A stretch of 51,694 nt of DNA, taken from the IMG/VR virus record IMGVR_UViG_3300030376_002336, positions 1-51,694 of that record; one strand, given 5' to 3'. This DNA is from a virus (Duplodnaviria; Caudoviricetes). Of the stretch, positions 10,406 to 19,903 are shown piece after piece. Numbering within the stretch: position 1 is the stretch's first letter; each line of letters opens with the position of its first letter. The notes beneath the pieces were generated by a model. That model had not been told where the DNA came from and did not search any database. It was given only the letters and a program-made list of their open reading frames with translations. A program made the position numbers and the translations under genes.

Positions 10406-13400
10406 ATGGCAAGATGTCCAAATAAAAATACTGCAGAGTATAAAGCATTACAAGATGTATTTCAAACAGAAGTACAAACTAATAATGTTATAAATACATG
10501 GCAAGATATTAATAACTCAGATAAATTTCCTACTCCGGTAGAAGCTACTGAAATGATTAAAGAACAAAAAGTAGCTTTTGCATTAAAGCAAAAAGAGTTT
10601 GCTGTTAGTCTATTAGATAATTTGCGTAGAGAAAAAATTGGACATACTTATCAAGGACAGTTTCTTATAAATCATTCTAATCCACAAACCAGAGAGTTTG
10701 ATGCAATGTTTCTAGATGCAAATGTAAAAAGATTATATAGATACTTAAGAATAAACAATATACCAGCAGACACTATTACATTACAAAAAACTCCTATGAC
10801 ATATAGGTTGATTGTTAATGATGATATGTTTACTAACAAAGATATAATTGAGTCATCAAGATCATGGGATACTAATAGATCTAGAGAAGTGGTAATGCAT
10901 TTGAAGAGAATGTTTCCACAAGTTAATGTACAAATGTTAAGTGTATCTAAAGCAGCAGAGATGTTTGCTAACTTCCCAGACTGGAAGAAAAGTAATGTCA
11001 AGTTTAAAGATGTAAAATCTTTCTACGTTGACGGTACTGCATACTTAATTAAAGGTAGAGTTACTGACGAGACAGCAATTGAAGAAATGCTACACCCAAT
11101 TGTAGATGCAATTAAAGTAGATAATGCAGAGTTGTTTAATGGTTTATTAGCAGAAGCTAGTAAATCTTTTCCTGAAATGGTTCAACAAATTAAAGCTGAG
11201 TATAATCAAAACACTAGAAACTTTAGTGATACTGAAAGAGATCTAGAGATTGTTACTCAAGCCCTAACAAGACATTTTAAAAAGGAATATGAAACACAAC
11301 CTACTAAAGGATTCTTAGATAGGGTAAATGAAATGATGGAGTGGTTTATGAATCTTATTGATAATCTAAGTCAATATTTAACTGGTAGACCTTTATCTGT
11401 TAGAGATATAAATCCAAGCGGTAACTTAAGTGATATTGCTAAACTTCTTAATACAGAAGGGATACAGTTTAAATTAGAGAGTAGAGCCAATGGTAAAATA
11501 AGATTTAGTCTTTCTCCTGAAAAGAAAAAACAAGTTGATCAGGCTTTGTCTGAAGCTAATGGTGTTCAAGCGGAAGTAATTAAAAGCTTATTCCATGTAG
11601 CTAACTCATCAGAAGTTGAGGTCAACTCATTATCTGGTAGTAGATTTAAAACTGATGAAGAAATAAACAGAAAAGATACAGGAGATACTATAGTAATTCT
11701 AAATGAAGAAGACCATACATATTATGATATAACTGATGGTGAACAGTATACATCAGTTACTACAGCAATTAAAGGTACACTTAAAAATCAAGAAGATGTA
11801 CAGTTAAATTTAGATATTGGTAATGATGTAGATGCTTTATTAGATGCATTAGTAACTCACCGTAGTGTGGAAGATGTGTTTGATAAAATGAAAATTGTAG
11901 ATCTAGAGACTGCTAAATCTGTTTATAATACACTAGAAACTACATTGTCTAATATAATGCCAGAAGGATCTATAGCACTATCACAAGTTGTAGTGTTTGA
12001 TAAACAAACTAAAATGGCTGGTACAGCTGATTTAGTAATTATAGATAAGAATGGTTTTATTAAAATTGTAGATTTAAAGACTACAAAAAATTCATTGAAG
12101 TCTTTTACTACAGAAGATACAAAGGTGGGCAGAAAGCAAACCAAATACTATGATAAACAATGGGCCCTAAATGAAGATAGTTTATTAAAACAAGCAGGGA
12201 TAGATAAATTATCTACTAGAGGTCAACATAACCTACAAGTAAATATCTATAGAAGAATGTTCCAAAACATGGGCTATGATGTATACCAGGGAGATTATGC
12301 TGCTTCTACTTTTCATTTAGTTGCTGACATTAGTGGTAAAGGAAAGAACCAAAAGTTCAATGGTACTATCAAGTCTGATCAATGGGTAGATCATCCTATA
12401 TCTCAAAACATAGATATGGTAAACATGTTGGTTCCAATTAATCCTGACTCAGCAAAAGCAGATCAGCTTGATGAGTTGACTAAGGATATGGAAGATAAAC
12501 TTATGGATCCTGATATTACTCCAGCTGATGTAATACAAGAGGATGAAAACACAGCTGAAACTGTTACACCAAGACCAGAGCAACCAGCATATGATGCTAT
12601 AAGTGGGGTGCTAAAGGACTATCAATTATCACTGGTAAATAAGATAGATCTATTAGAGGCAAAAGGAATAGCTAAAGCATCTATATTTATAGACAGAACC
12701 AAAGATGAAGCTATAGAGCAACTTGCTTCTACTATTGCTTTTATTAATATTGCTATGTCTGAAGGGCCTATAGCAAGATCAACAGCATACTCTGAGTTAT
12801 TACAAGACTCATTAAGACAAATAAGAAAGTTTAGTAAATATATTCAAGATCCAAAAAACTTTGCTAAGCCAGAATACATCACTTATGTATTAAACTTTGA
12901 TAAATATATAAAGACATTCCAAGGATTACATAGTATAGAATCAACGGCAGAATTAAATGCTACCCAAAGATCTTTAATTCTTTCTTTAAAAATAGAGCTC
13001 AATAAATTAACAGGTGGTAGTACAGAAAATGGTGGTTTAATAAATGATGCAATTGATAGTTATGTAAAAGAAGTTATTAGACTTAAGTCTAGTAGAGATT
13101 TTGGAGGTGAAGGGAGTTACTTTAGTGAGGCAGACTTAGAATTATTATTAAAGGAAGAATATGATATAGCTTCTGCTGATTTATATACTAGAGATATGGC
13201 TACACAAGGTGATACTATTCTAGCCTTAATGGATAAAATATATAAAGCAAAAAAACAAGAACTATTAGATAAAGTTGCAGTAAGAGAAAGCACTATTAAA
13301 GCTGCAGGTAATAAGATAATTAAGCTGACTCCTAATGCTAACCGTAGTACTGCATATAATTACATGTTAGTCTTTGATGAAAATGGAGAGTTTACAGGAA

Positions 13401-16195
13401 ACTATGTTAAAAAGATTGGCCAACAATACTACAACAAACAAGAAGAATTGAGAGGTGTGTTATATGATAATGATGGTACACCATATCAGTATGAAGAAAT
13501 ATTACAGTCTGATCTAGAAGAGTTGATGAAGACTAAGGAAGGACGTGCAAAAATAGAATACAATAAAGATCTTGCAGAAAAGAAAGCTAGGTTTAGTGAA
13601 TTCTTTAGAGCAGAAAGAACAACAGATGGTCAGTATGATACAGGAGAATATCATACATATACTCAAGAGTTTATGGATGCCAGAGATAAAATGGAATATT
13701 ATGTTCCTGGTAAAGATGGAAGTCCGTTTGGTAACTGGTATAGAAAGCCACGTGTGTCTGATGTTGCATATGCCAAATATGAAGCAAAGTATTACAAAGT
13801 AAATGAATATACTAAAGCAGTAAGAGTGGATGGTCAGCCTACTGGAGCTATAGTAGCTGGTCAAACATACCGCTCACCAAAAGTTAAGTATAGAGTAGCA
13901 TTAGAAAAAACAAATCCAGTACAAGGTTTATCTATAGATATGACTAGCTCACAGTACAGGAGTATTATGAACCCTACTGATGCACTAGGAGTAGCACAAA
14001 AAGAGTTCTATCAGCTGTATGTACAGTATTTTGAAGATGAGCTTCTTGCAAAGCTACCACAGAATACAAAAAATAATATGCTAGGTAGAGTTCCTTTAGT
14101 GAGGAATGCTACTATAAATACAATGAAAAAAGAGTCTACTCTTTGGAATAAGCTATATGCTAGAACAGTTAGTAGTAAAGCATGGAATATGTTTAATCAA
14201 ACCTCAACACAAAAGGGTGTAATGGTTGATCCTATATCAGGTTATATAGTAGAGCAAATGCCTATCTTCTATACTGGTAGACCAAAGGTTGATGGTGAGA
14301 TGGAGCAAGTAGAAAAAGAAAAGAAAACTTTACAAGACAAGTTTAAAAAAGGAGAGATAACTCAAAACAAATATGACATAGATATAGCTGCTATTAATGG
14401 TAAGCTAGCTAGACTTAGATCAACTCCTAGTCAAGGAGAAATAAGTACTGACTTAGCAACTAGCTTAATTAAGTTTAGTGCAATGGCAGAAAACTATGAG
14501 ACAATGGGAACCATTGATGATACTTTAAATGCTATGCTTCAAGTAATAGAAAAAAGAGCATATAAACCATCAAAGACATCAGGTCTTGGTTTTGTAGATA
14601 AAGTAAAAGGAGCTGTAGGTATTACACCTAAGAGTAAATATGCTAAGAATGATAACACTATAAGAAGAGCTCAGAAGTGGATGAGCATGGTTTACTATGA
14701 TAATGAAAACATAACCAAAGGTGCAGCAGATAAAATAGCTGAAGGTATTATACAACTATCATCTTTATCCTATGTAGCATTTAACCCTTTTGGTAACTTT
14801 AATAACTACTTGATTGGTAGAGTAAACAATAACATAGAATTACTAGCAGGTAGATTTGTAAGTAGAGAAGCACAGCTAAGAGCAACAAGAGAGTTTAATA
14901 AAAGAGCACTTCCAGATTTAGTTTCAAGAACAGGAGCTGCATTAAAAGATGCAACAGATGTTTTAACATTAGGTAAAATACCAGGTTTAAAGTCTGCTGA
15001 GTATGATCCAAAGAGAGCTAATAGTAAGTATGAGGCTTTTGTTGATATGTTTAGAATGATGGATAAAATGTCTGAGCTACGTGAACAAGGTGCAGATACA
15101 TCAGAAGGTAAGACGTGGTTTGAAAGAGCATCTGAATGGGGTTATGTAATGCAAGATGCAGCAGAATACAATGTACAAACTAAGATGGGTATGGCTGTAT
15201 TAATGGATACCACATTAAAGAATAGTGCAACAGGTGAGACATTATCCTTATATGATGCTTTTACATATGATGCTGCGTCTCATACAAACAAAATTAAAGA
15301 TGGCTATGATACAGTTGTACTTAAGAATGGAAAAGAGACACCTTACACTGATGAGTTTAGATATGAGCTAAGAAATAAAATTAGAGAAATTAACAAACAA
15401 ATCCATGGTAACTATGCTAGAGATGATAGAATGGTTTTACAACAAAGAACACTAGGTAAGCTAGCTGTTCAGTTTAAAAAGTGGGTGGCACCAGCTATTA
15501 GAGCAAGATACCAAAGAGAATACTTTGATGAAAATCTAGGATGGATGGAAGGAAGGTATAGATCAGCTATGCAATTCTTTAATTATATGGGTCAGCAAAT
15601 TAAAAAAGGTAACATGGAGTTTAGTACTTATGGAAAAGGCTTTATGGAAAGTAGAGAAGGATATGATGGTACTGGAGGTAATGCAGATCAGCGTGCACAG
15701 AATAAACTTTATGGGTTTTATAGAACTATGGGTGAGATAGCTATAATGTCAAGTGCATTATTAATAAACTCTATCTTAAGTAATTTGCTAGCAGGTGAGG
15801 GAGATGACACTGACTTAGAGAGAAGAATGAAAAACTTGACTAAGTATCAAGTAAACAGACTGTACAAAGAGATGGTATTATTTATGCCTTGGTTCCCAGA
15901 TGGTGGTAAACAAGTGTTCCAGCAATTTGGTAATCCTGTTGCAGCCACAAGAACTTTTGGTGAGTTATCTGAACTATTAGGAATGACAATGGTGACAGGA
16001 TACAAAGGTTTAAAACTTAAGTCTGGTTTAATTGATGAAGATGAATTCTATTTAGATAGTAGTATAGTATATCAAAGAGGTAAGAAAAGAGGAGAGCTAA
16101 AATTATATAAAAACTTTAAAGATGTTTTCCCTATAGTATATAGTATACAAAAATGGGAGTCATATTTAACTAATGATGATTTCTACATAAAATAA
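10406..16195 (+). CDS. Large virion (ejected) protein with degenerate zincin-like segment and PD-(D/E)xK nuclease domain
   Basis: 1929 aa directly after the vRNAP. EEMLH at 11081-11095. AGTADLVIIDKNGFIKIVDLKT...QHNLQVNIY matches a RecB/Cas4-like nuclease motif set. Confidence 0.75.
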   Translation: MARCPNKNTAEYKALQDVFQTEVQTNNVINTWQDINNSDKFPTPVEATEMIKEQKVAFALKQKEFAVSLLDNLRREKIGHTYQGQFLINHSNPQTREFDAMFLDANVKRLYRYLRINNIPADTITLQKTPMTYRLIVNDDMFTNKDIIESSRSWDTNRSREVVMHLKRMFPQVNVQMLSVSKAAEMFANFPDWKKSNVKFKDVKSFYVDGTAYLIKGRVTDETAIEEMLHPIVDAIKVDNAELFNGLLAEASKSFPEMVQQIKAEYNQNTRNFSDTERDLEIVTQALTRHFKKEYETQPTKGFLDRVNEMMEWFMNLIDNLSQYLTGRPLSVRDINPSGNLSDIAKLLNTEGIQFKLESRANGKIRFSLSPEKKKQVDQALSEANGVQAEVIKSLFHVANSSEVEVNSLSGSRFKTDEEINRKDTGDTIVILNEEDHTYYDITDGEQYTSVTTAIKGTLKNQEDVQLNLDIGNDVDALLDALVTHRSVEDVFDKMKIVDLETAKSVYNTLETTLSNIMPEGSIALSQVVVFDKQTKMAGTADLVIIDKNGFIKIVDLKTTKNSLKSFTTEDTKVGRKQTKYYDKQWALNEDSLLKQAGIDKLSTRGQHNLQVNIYRRMFQNMGYDVYQGDYAASTFHLVADISGKGKNQKFNGTIKSDQWVDHPISQNIDMVNMLVPINPDSAKADQLDELTKDMEDKLMDPDITPADVIQEDENTAETVTPRPEQPAYDAISGVLKDYQLSLVNKIDLLEAKGIAKASIFIDRTKDEAIEQLASTIAFINIAMSEGPIARSTAYSELLQDSLRQIRKFSKYIQDPKNFAKPEYITYVLNFDKYIKTFQGLHSIESTAELNATQRSLILSLKIELNKLTGGSTENGGLINDAIDSYVKEVIRLKSSRDFGGEGSYFSEADLELLLKEEYDIASADLYTRDMATQGDTILALMDKIYKAKKQELLDKVAVRESTIKAAGNKIIKLTPNANRSTAYNYMLVFDENGEFTGNYVKKIGQQYYNKQEELRGVLYDNDGTPYQYEEILQSDLEELMKTKEGRAKIEYNKDLAEKKARFSEFFRAERTTDGQYDTGEYHTYTQEFMDARDKMEYYVPGKDGSPFGNWYRKPRVSDVAYAKYEAKYYKVNEYTKAVRVDGQPTGAIVAGQTYRSPKVKYRVALEKTNPVQGLSIDMTSSQYRSIMNPTDALGVAQKEFYQLYVQYFEDELLAKLPQNTKNNMLGRVPLVRNATINTMKKESTLWNKLYARTVSSKAWNMFNQTSTQKGVMVDPISGYIVEQMPIFYTGRPKVDGEMEQVEKEKKTLQDKFKKGEITQNKYDIDIAAINGKLARLRSTPSQGEISTDLATSLIKFSAMAENYETMGTIDDTLNAMLQVIEKRAYKPSKTSGLGFVDKVKGAVGITPKSKYAKNDNTIRRAQKWMSMVYYDNENITKGAADKIAEGIIQLSSLSYVAFNPFGNFNNYLIGRVNNNIELLAGRFVSREAQLRATREFNKRALPDLVSRTGAALKDATDVLTLGKIPGLKSAEYDPKRANSKYEAFVDMFRMMDKMSELREQGADTSEGKTWFERASEWGYVMQDAAEYNVQTKMGMAVLMDTTLKNSATGETLSLYDAFTYDAASHTNKIKDGYDTVVLKNGKETPYTDEFRYELRNKIREINKQIHGNYARDDRMVLQQRTLGKLAVQFKKWVAPAIRARYQREYFDENLGWMEGRYRSAMQFFNYMGQQIKKGNMEFSTYGKGFMESREGYDGTGGNADQRAQNKLYGFYRTMGEIAIMSSALLINSILSNLLAGEGDDTDLERRMKNLTKYQVNRLYKEMVLFMPWFPDGGKQVFQQFGNPVAATRTFGELSELLGMTMVTGYKGLKLKSGLIDEDEFYLDSSIVYQRGKKRGELKLYKNFKDVFPIVYSIQKWESYLTNDDFYIK

Positions 16196-16246
16196 GGTTA
16201 CCAGTCAAATTTGCAGTAAAATTATTTTTTAGGGTCATTTAGATTG

Positions 16247-16256
16247 TGTATATTAT
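16247..16256 (+). promoter_or_regulatory. Candidate late-promoter motif TGTATATTAT
   Basis: The same 10-mer occurs at 21216-21225 and 21303-21312, each in an intergenic gap before a + strand gene block. Confidence 0.4.
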
Positions 16257-16298
16257 TATATAAACCAGCAACAAATTTGAACAAATTAATTCATATAT

Positions 16299-17552
16299 AT
16301 GAAAAATTACTTAGTATGGCTGGTCTTCATTTTTCTATTACCTACTAATTCTTATAGTCAACTTATATCTGATCCTTTATCAGACAAAGAGACTAAGAAA
16401 CTTAGACAAGGTTTTCAGAGTAAACAATTTTTTAAAGGTCTATACAATGACTTTTTAAAATACGGAACTATTTATGCAGCTGGTGATATAAACAATTCAG
16501 TAGAAGCTGATGAGCCAACTTACTTTGTTAGAACTAATCCCAATGGTTCTTTATATTCTATTCCTGAAGTAATAGATGTTACTGAAAAATTTCCTTTTGA
16601 TTATAGATATGGTTTTGGTATACGTAAACTTGCAAGGTTTGGTTATGAAAGAAAGCCTAGAAACTACTATGATGGTACAGAAGATCAATTGGCTTTTTCT
16701 GCACCAACCTCTGCTCTTAAAGGTTTAGAATATCAATTTCATTTTGAGAGAGAAAGATGGAGAGGTGAGTTATTTCAAAATCATAGATTCTTTTTAAAGC
16801 ATACAGGTAAATATAATATAGTTAAGGTTGAGTCAAGAGAAGTAGGTAAAATTAATTTAGCTTACCAGTCTGCTGAAGCAAGACTAAGATTGCCTTTAGG
16901 TAAGAAAGATAAGTTTAGTATATCAGCTGGTGTAATCTACCGTACTCATGAGCGTGCTTATGGATATAACCCAATTGAAATATGGTTGAATGAGCAGGAT
17001 GAGGATGGCTTTGCAGTAAACCCATGGTACACTTTAGGCTTTGAATATGGTTATGATGACATCTTTTATACAGAGGAAGACCAGAATGGGAACGAAGTAT
17101 CTGATTGGTATTGGATTGATGCTGAAGGAAATAGAGTTGCAGATACAGACTTAGAGTTTAGAGAAACAGTATTTAGAGAGTTGATGCAAAGATTTAATAG
17201 AGAAGCATGGGACTTATTAGATCCTTTTGGTGAGATTGCACCAATTGTAGGAATGGATTTTTATCATTATAAGAGTAATTTTTGGATACATGCATATGCA
17301 AACTATATATTACCTTATCATAAATATATAAAAGGAGATGAAGAAGTATCTTATTTAAATAGAAACAACTGGGGTAAAGGCGGTCTAATCCAAGACTCTG
17401 AACTAGAGCAGTGGAGTGATTACTCTTTTGGTGCAAACTTTGGCTGGAAGATTAATAAAAACCTAGGTGTATTTATAGAAGGAGAATATGCAAAGATGTG
17501 GGATAGTGAACTATTCAATACATCTTTTGGACTTAATTATACAATTAAATAA
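16299..17552 (+). CDS. Secreted, probable outer-membrane beta-barrel protein
   Basis: N-terminal signal peptide (MKNYLVWLVFIFLLPTNSYS-Q), alternating aromatic beta strands, C-terminal FNTSFGLNYTIK resembling a beta-signal. Confidence 0.6.
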   Translation: MKNYLVWLVFIFLLPTNSYSQLISDPLSDKETKKLRQGFQSKQFFKGLYNDFLKYGTIYAAGDINNSVEADEPTYFVRTNPNGSLYSIPEVIDVTEKFPFDYRYGFGIRKLARFGYERKPRNYYDGTEDQLAFSAPTSALKGLEYQFHFERERWRGELFQNHRFFLKHTGKYNIVKVESREVGKINLAYQSAEARLRLPLGKKDKFSISAGVIYRTHERAYGYNPIEIWLNEQDEDGFAVNPWYTLGFEYGYDDIFYTEEDQNGNEVSDWYWIDAEGNRVADTDLEFRETVFRELMQRFNREAWDLLDPFGEIAPIVGMDFYHYKSNFWIHAYANYILPYHKYIKGDEEVSYLNRNNWGKGGLIQDSELEQWSDYSFGANFGWKINKNLGVFIEGEYAKMWDSELFNTSFGLNYTIK

Positions 17553-17561
17553 AAGTAAAAA

Positions 17562-17849
17562 ATGAAAGGAGCACCTCAAATAGGAGAAGATACTAAGGTA
17601 ACTTTAGATTTTAAAACAATTGGAATGATAGTAGGATTTGTGATCTCCCTATCAACTATGTGGTTTACACTTAAAGCAGACATAGCTTTAGCAATGGAAA
17701 GACCAGAACCTACAATAGAACGAGTTGAGTATGATTTAAAAGATGAATTAGTAAGACAAACTATAATGGATACGCAAGAGGATGTAGATCTTATTCTAAG
17801 CAAATTAGAAAAGCTAGAAGAAAGAGTTTACGAATTGAGCAAAAAATAA
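17562..17849 (+). CDS. Single-TM protein with C-terminal coiled coil
   Basis: Hydrophobic stretch IGMIVGFVISLSTMWFTL, heptad-like LSKLEKLEERVYEL. Confidence 0.65.
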   Translation: MKGAPQIGEDTKVTLDFKTIGMIVGFVISLSTMWFTLKADIALAMERPEPTIERVEYDLKDELVRQTIMDTQEDVDLILSKLEKLEERVYELSKK

Positions 17850-17853
17850 TATT

Positions 17854-18270
17854 ATGAAAAGAATCTTATTGTTCATTCTAGCACTGTTTATTACAACAAC
17901 GATACAAGGCCAAGAGTGGCTAAGTGATGATAGTTTTGAAGATGCTATTAGTGGTCAGTCAGGTTTTGATGATAATGAAAACATTGTTGTTGTAGAATTT
18001 TGGGCTGAGTTTAATAAAGACAATGCTTTTTTAGAGTGGGAGAGAGTTGCAAAAATTGATGGTGTAAGATATTACAGAGCCAACATAGCAGTTTGTCCTG
18101 AGCTAAAAGATAAGTTTAGAATTAGAATGGTCCCTACCATACTTATATTTGCTGGAGGGGACGCATTCATAAAATTCAAAGCTAAGGCAGGACTTGATCT
18201 TGTTTGTCCTGTTGATTATCCTAAACTAGTTAGAGCTATAGAAGTAGTTAAAGAAGAAGCAAGCTTCTAA
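17854..18270 (+). CDS. Secreted thioredoxin-fold protein lacking CxxC
   Basis: Signal peptide, VVVEFWAEFN in place of WCxxC, cis-Pro motif RMVPTILIF. Confidence 0.7.
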   Translation: MKRILLFILALFITTTIQGQEWLSDDSFEDAISGQSGFDDNENIVVVEFWAEFNKDNAFLEWERVAKIDGVRYYRANIAVCPELKDKFRIRMVPTILIFAGGDAFIKFKAKAGLDLVCPVDYPKLVRAIEVVKEEASF

Positions 18271-19892
18271 CCTTCACAACTAGAACACTCTAATATATTT
18301 CTTGCAAAGTCTTGAGCACTACTCTTACTAAACTGATAGTATAAAGTTTTAACTCCTTCTTCCCAAGCATATAAATACAACTGATTAATTTGTTTAGCAG
18401 AAACTGATGGGTCAATCATTAAGTTTAATGACTGTGACTGATCAATATACTTCTGTCTTTGTGCTGCTTGCAACACAATCTCTTTTGGAGAGATCTCCAC
18501 AAAAGATTTAAACACAGCTTTAGTTGGAAAGTCAAGGTGTTGTACACTACCATCTTTGCTTAATATAGACTTCCAAGTTTTATCTGTATTTAACCCATGC
18601 TTTTCTAACTCACATTCTAAGAACGGGTTTTTATAGACTGTCTTAGACTTAGCAAGATCCTTAATAAAGTAATTAGACTTGATAGGTTCTATACCCATAG
18701 ACACAGCACCATGTATAAAACTACTAGACTTAGTAGGAGCAATGGCCATAAGAGTGGTATTAGCATAACCTTCTCTTAGACTATTATAACCCCAATCAGT
18801 GTGTAACTTTCTAGAGGCTATTTCACTTCTATCTTTGATGGTTCTAAAGATCTCACTGTTTAAACCTTTAGCTTGTAGTGAGTCAAACTCTATAAGCTTT
18901 GATTGAAATAAACTATGGTATCCAAGAACTCCTAAGCCAATGGCTCTGTGTTTCTCAGCAAAGTTGTATGCTCTCTTCATACCGGGCATAGTTTCAGCTT
19001 TTATAATAAACTCATCCATTACAGCATTTAGAAAATAAACATATGTTTGTATAGCATCTGTTTCTTTGATCTCATCCCAGTGCAAAACATTTATGGACCC
19101 TAGACAACAGACAAAAGAATTATAGCTATCTGTTGGTAATTGGATCTCTGAGCAAAGGTTAGATGCAGTTATTTCTAAACCTATGTCTTTATATGGTGTG
19201 TTCTTATTACTAGTATCTTTAAACATGATATAAGGAAAACCAAACTCAGATCTACGTTGTATAATTTTAGCCCATATCTTACGTTTCTTTCTATCACCAT
19301 CTTTCATTTCTTGCATCCATTCATCACCTACGGTAACTCCATACTGTAAATTTTGTATTGGGTTTCCCTCAGTACCAATATCTAAGAACTCTTCAATATC
19401 TGGGTGTTCAACAGGTAGGTATACTGCACATGCACCACGTCTAGCTTCAGATTGTTTACATACATCAACAACAGTATCATACATTCTAGCATAGTGTATA
19501 GGCCCATCAGCATGACCACCTGTAGATATTACACTACCTCTTGGTCTTATGTTACCCAAGTAAGCACTGGTGCCTCCACCATATTTAGACATCATACCTA
19601 TCTCACGTCCTGCGTTAAGTATACTATCTAGATTGTCATCAATGTTAGAGCCATAGCAACTAATTGGTAATCCTTTTTGTTTTCCAAAGTTTATCCATAC
19701 AGGAGTAGACAAAGAGTAAAACCCTCTTGCCATATAATCCTCAAACTTTTCAGCAAAACCTTTTATGTTTAAGTACTTTTCAGCTTTAATAGCTATGTCT
19801 TTTATTCTTTGCTCTGGTGTTTCTGTTATATATCCTCTTGATAAAAATGTGCGGCTGTCATCATTAAGCCAATAATATTTTTTATATTCCAT
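18267..19892 (-). CDS. nrdA: Ribonucleotide reductase alpha subunit (class I, compact, no ATP cone)
   Basis: PISC, SNLCSEI, APTKSSS, KTLYY and C-terminal ECSSCEG motifs. Confidence 0.96.
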   Translation of the reverse strand: MEYKKYYWLNDDSRTFLSRGYITETPEQRIKDIAIKAEKYLNIKGFAEKFEDYMARGFYSLSTPVWINFGKQKGLPISCYGSNIDDNLDSILNAGREIGMMSKYGGGTSAYLGNIRPRGSVISTGGHADGPIHYARMYDTVVDVCKQSEARRGACAVYLPVEHPDIEEFLDIGTEGNPIQNLQYGVTVGDEWMQEMKDGDRKKRKIWAKIIQRRSEFGFPYIMFKDTSNKNTPYKDIGLEITASNLCSEIQLPTDSYNSFVCCLGSINVLHWDEIKETDAIQTYVYFLNAVMDEFIIKAETMPGMKRAYNFAEKHRAIGLGVLGYHSLFQSKLIEFDSLQAKGLNSEIFRTIKDRSEIASRKLHTDWGYNSLREGYANTTLMAIAPTKSSSFIHGAVSMGIEPIKSNYFIKDLAKSKTVYKNPFLECELEKHGLNTDKTWKSILSKDGSVQHLDFPTKAVFKSFVEISPKEIVLQAAQRQKYIDQSQSLNLMIDPSVSAKQINQLYLYAWEEGVKTLYYQFSKSSAQDFARNILECSSCEG

Positions 19893-19903
19893 GTTGGTTT
19901 GGT

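Noticed and set aside
753-13864. Short alternative-frame and antisense ORFs inside the two giant genes, and similar ones inside other long genes
   Set aside because: They are fully nested in well-supported CDSs, have no motifs, and show the composition expected of shadow frames.
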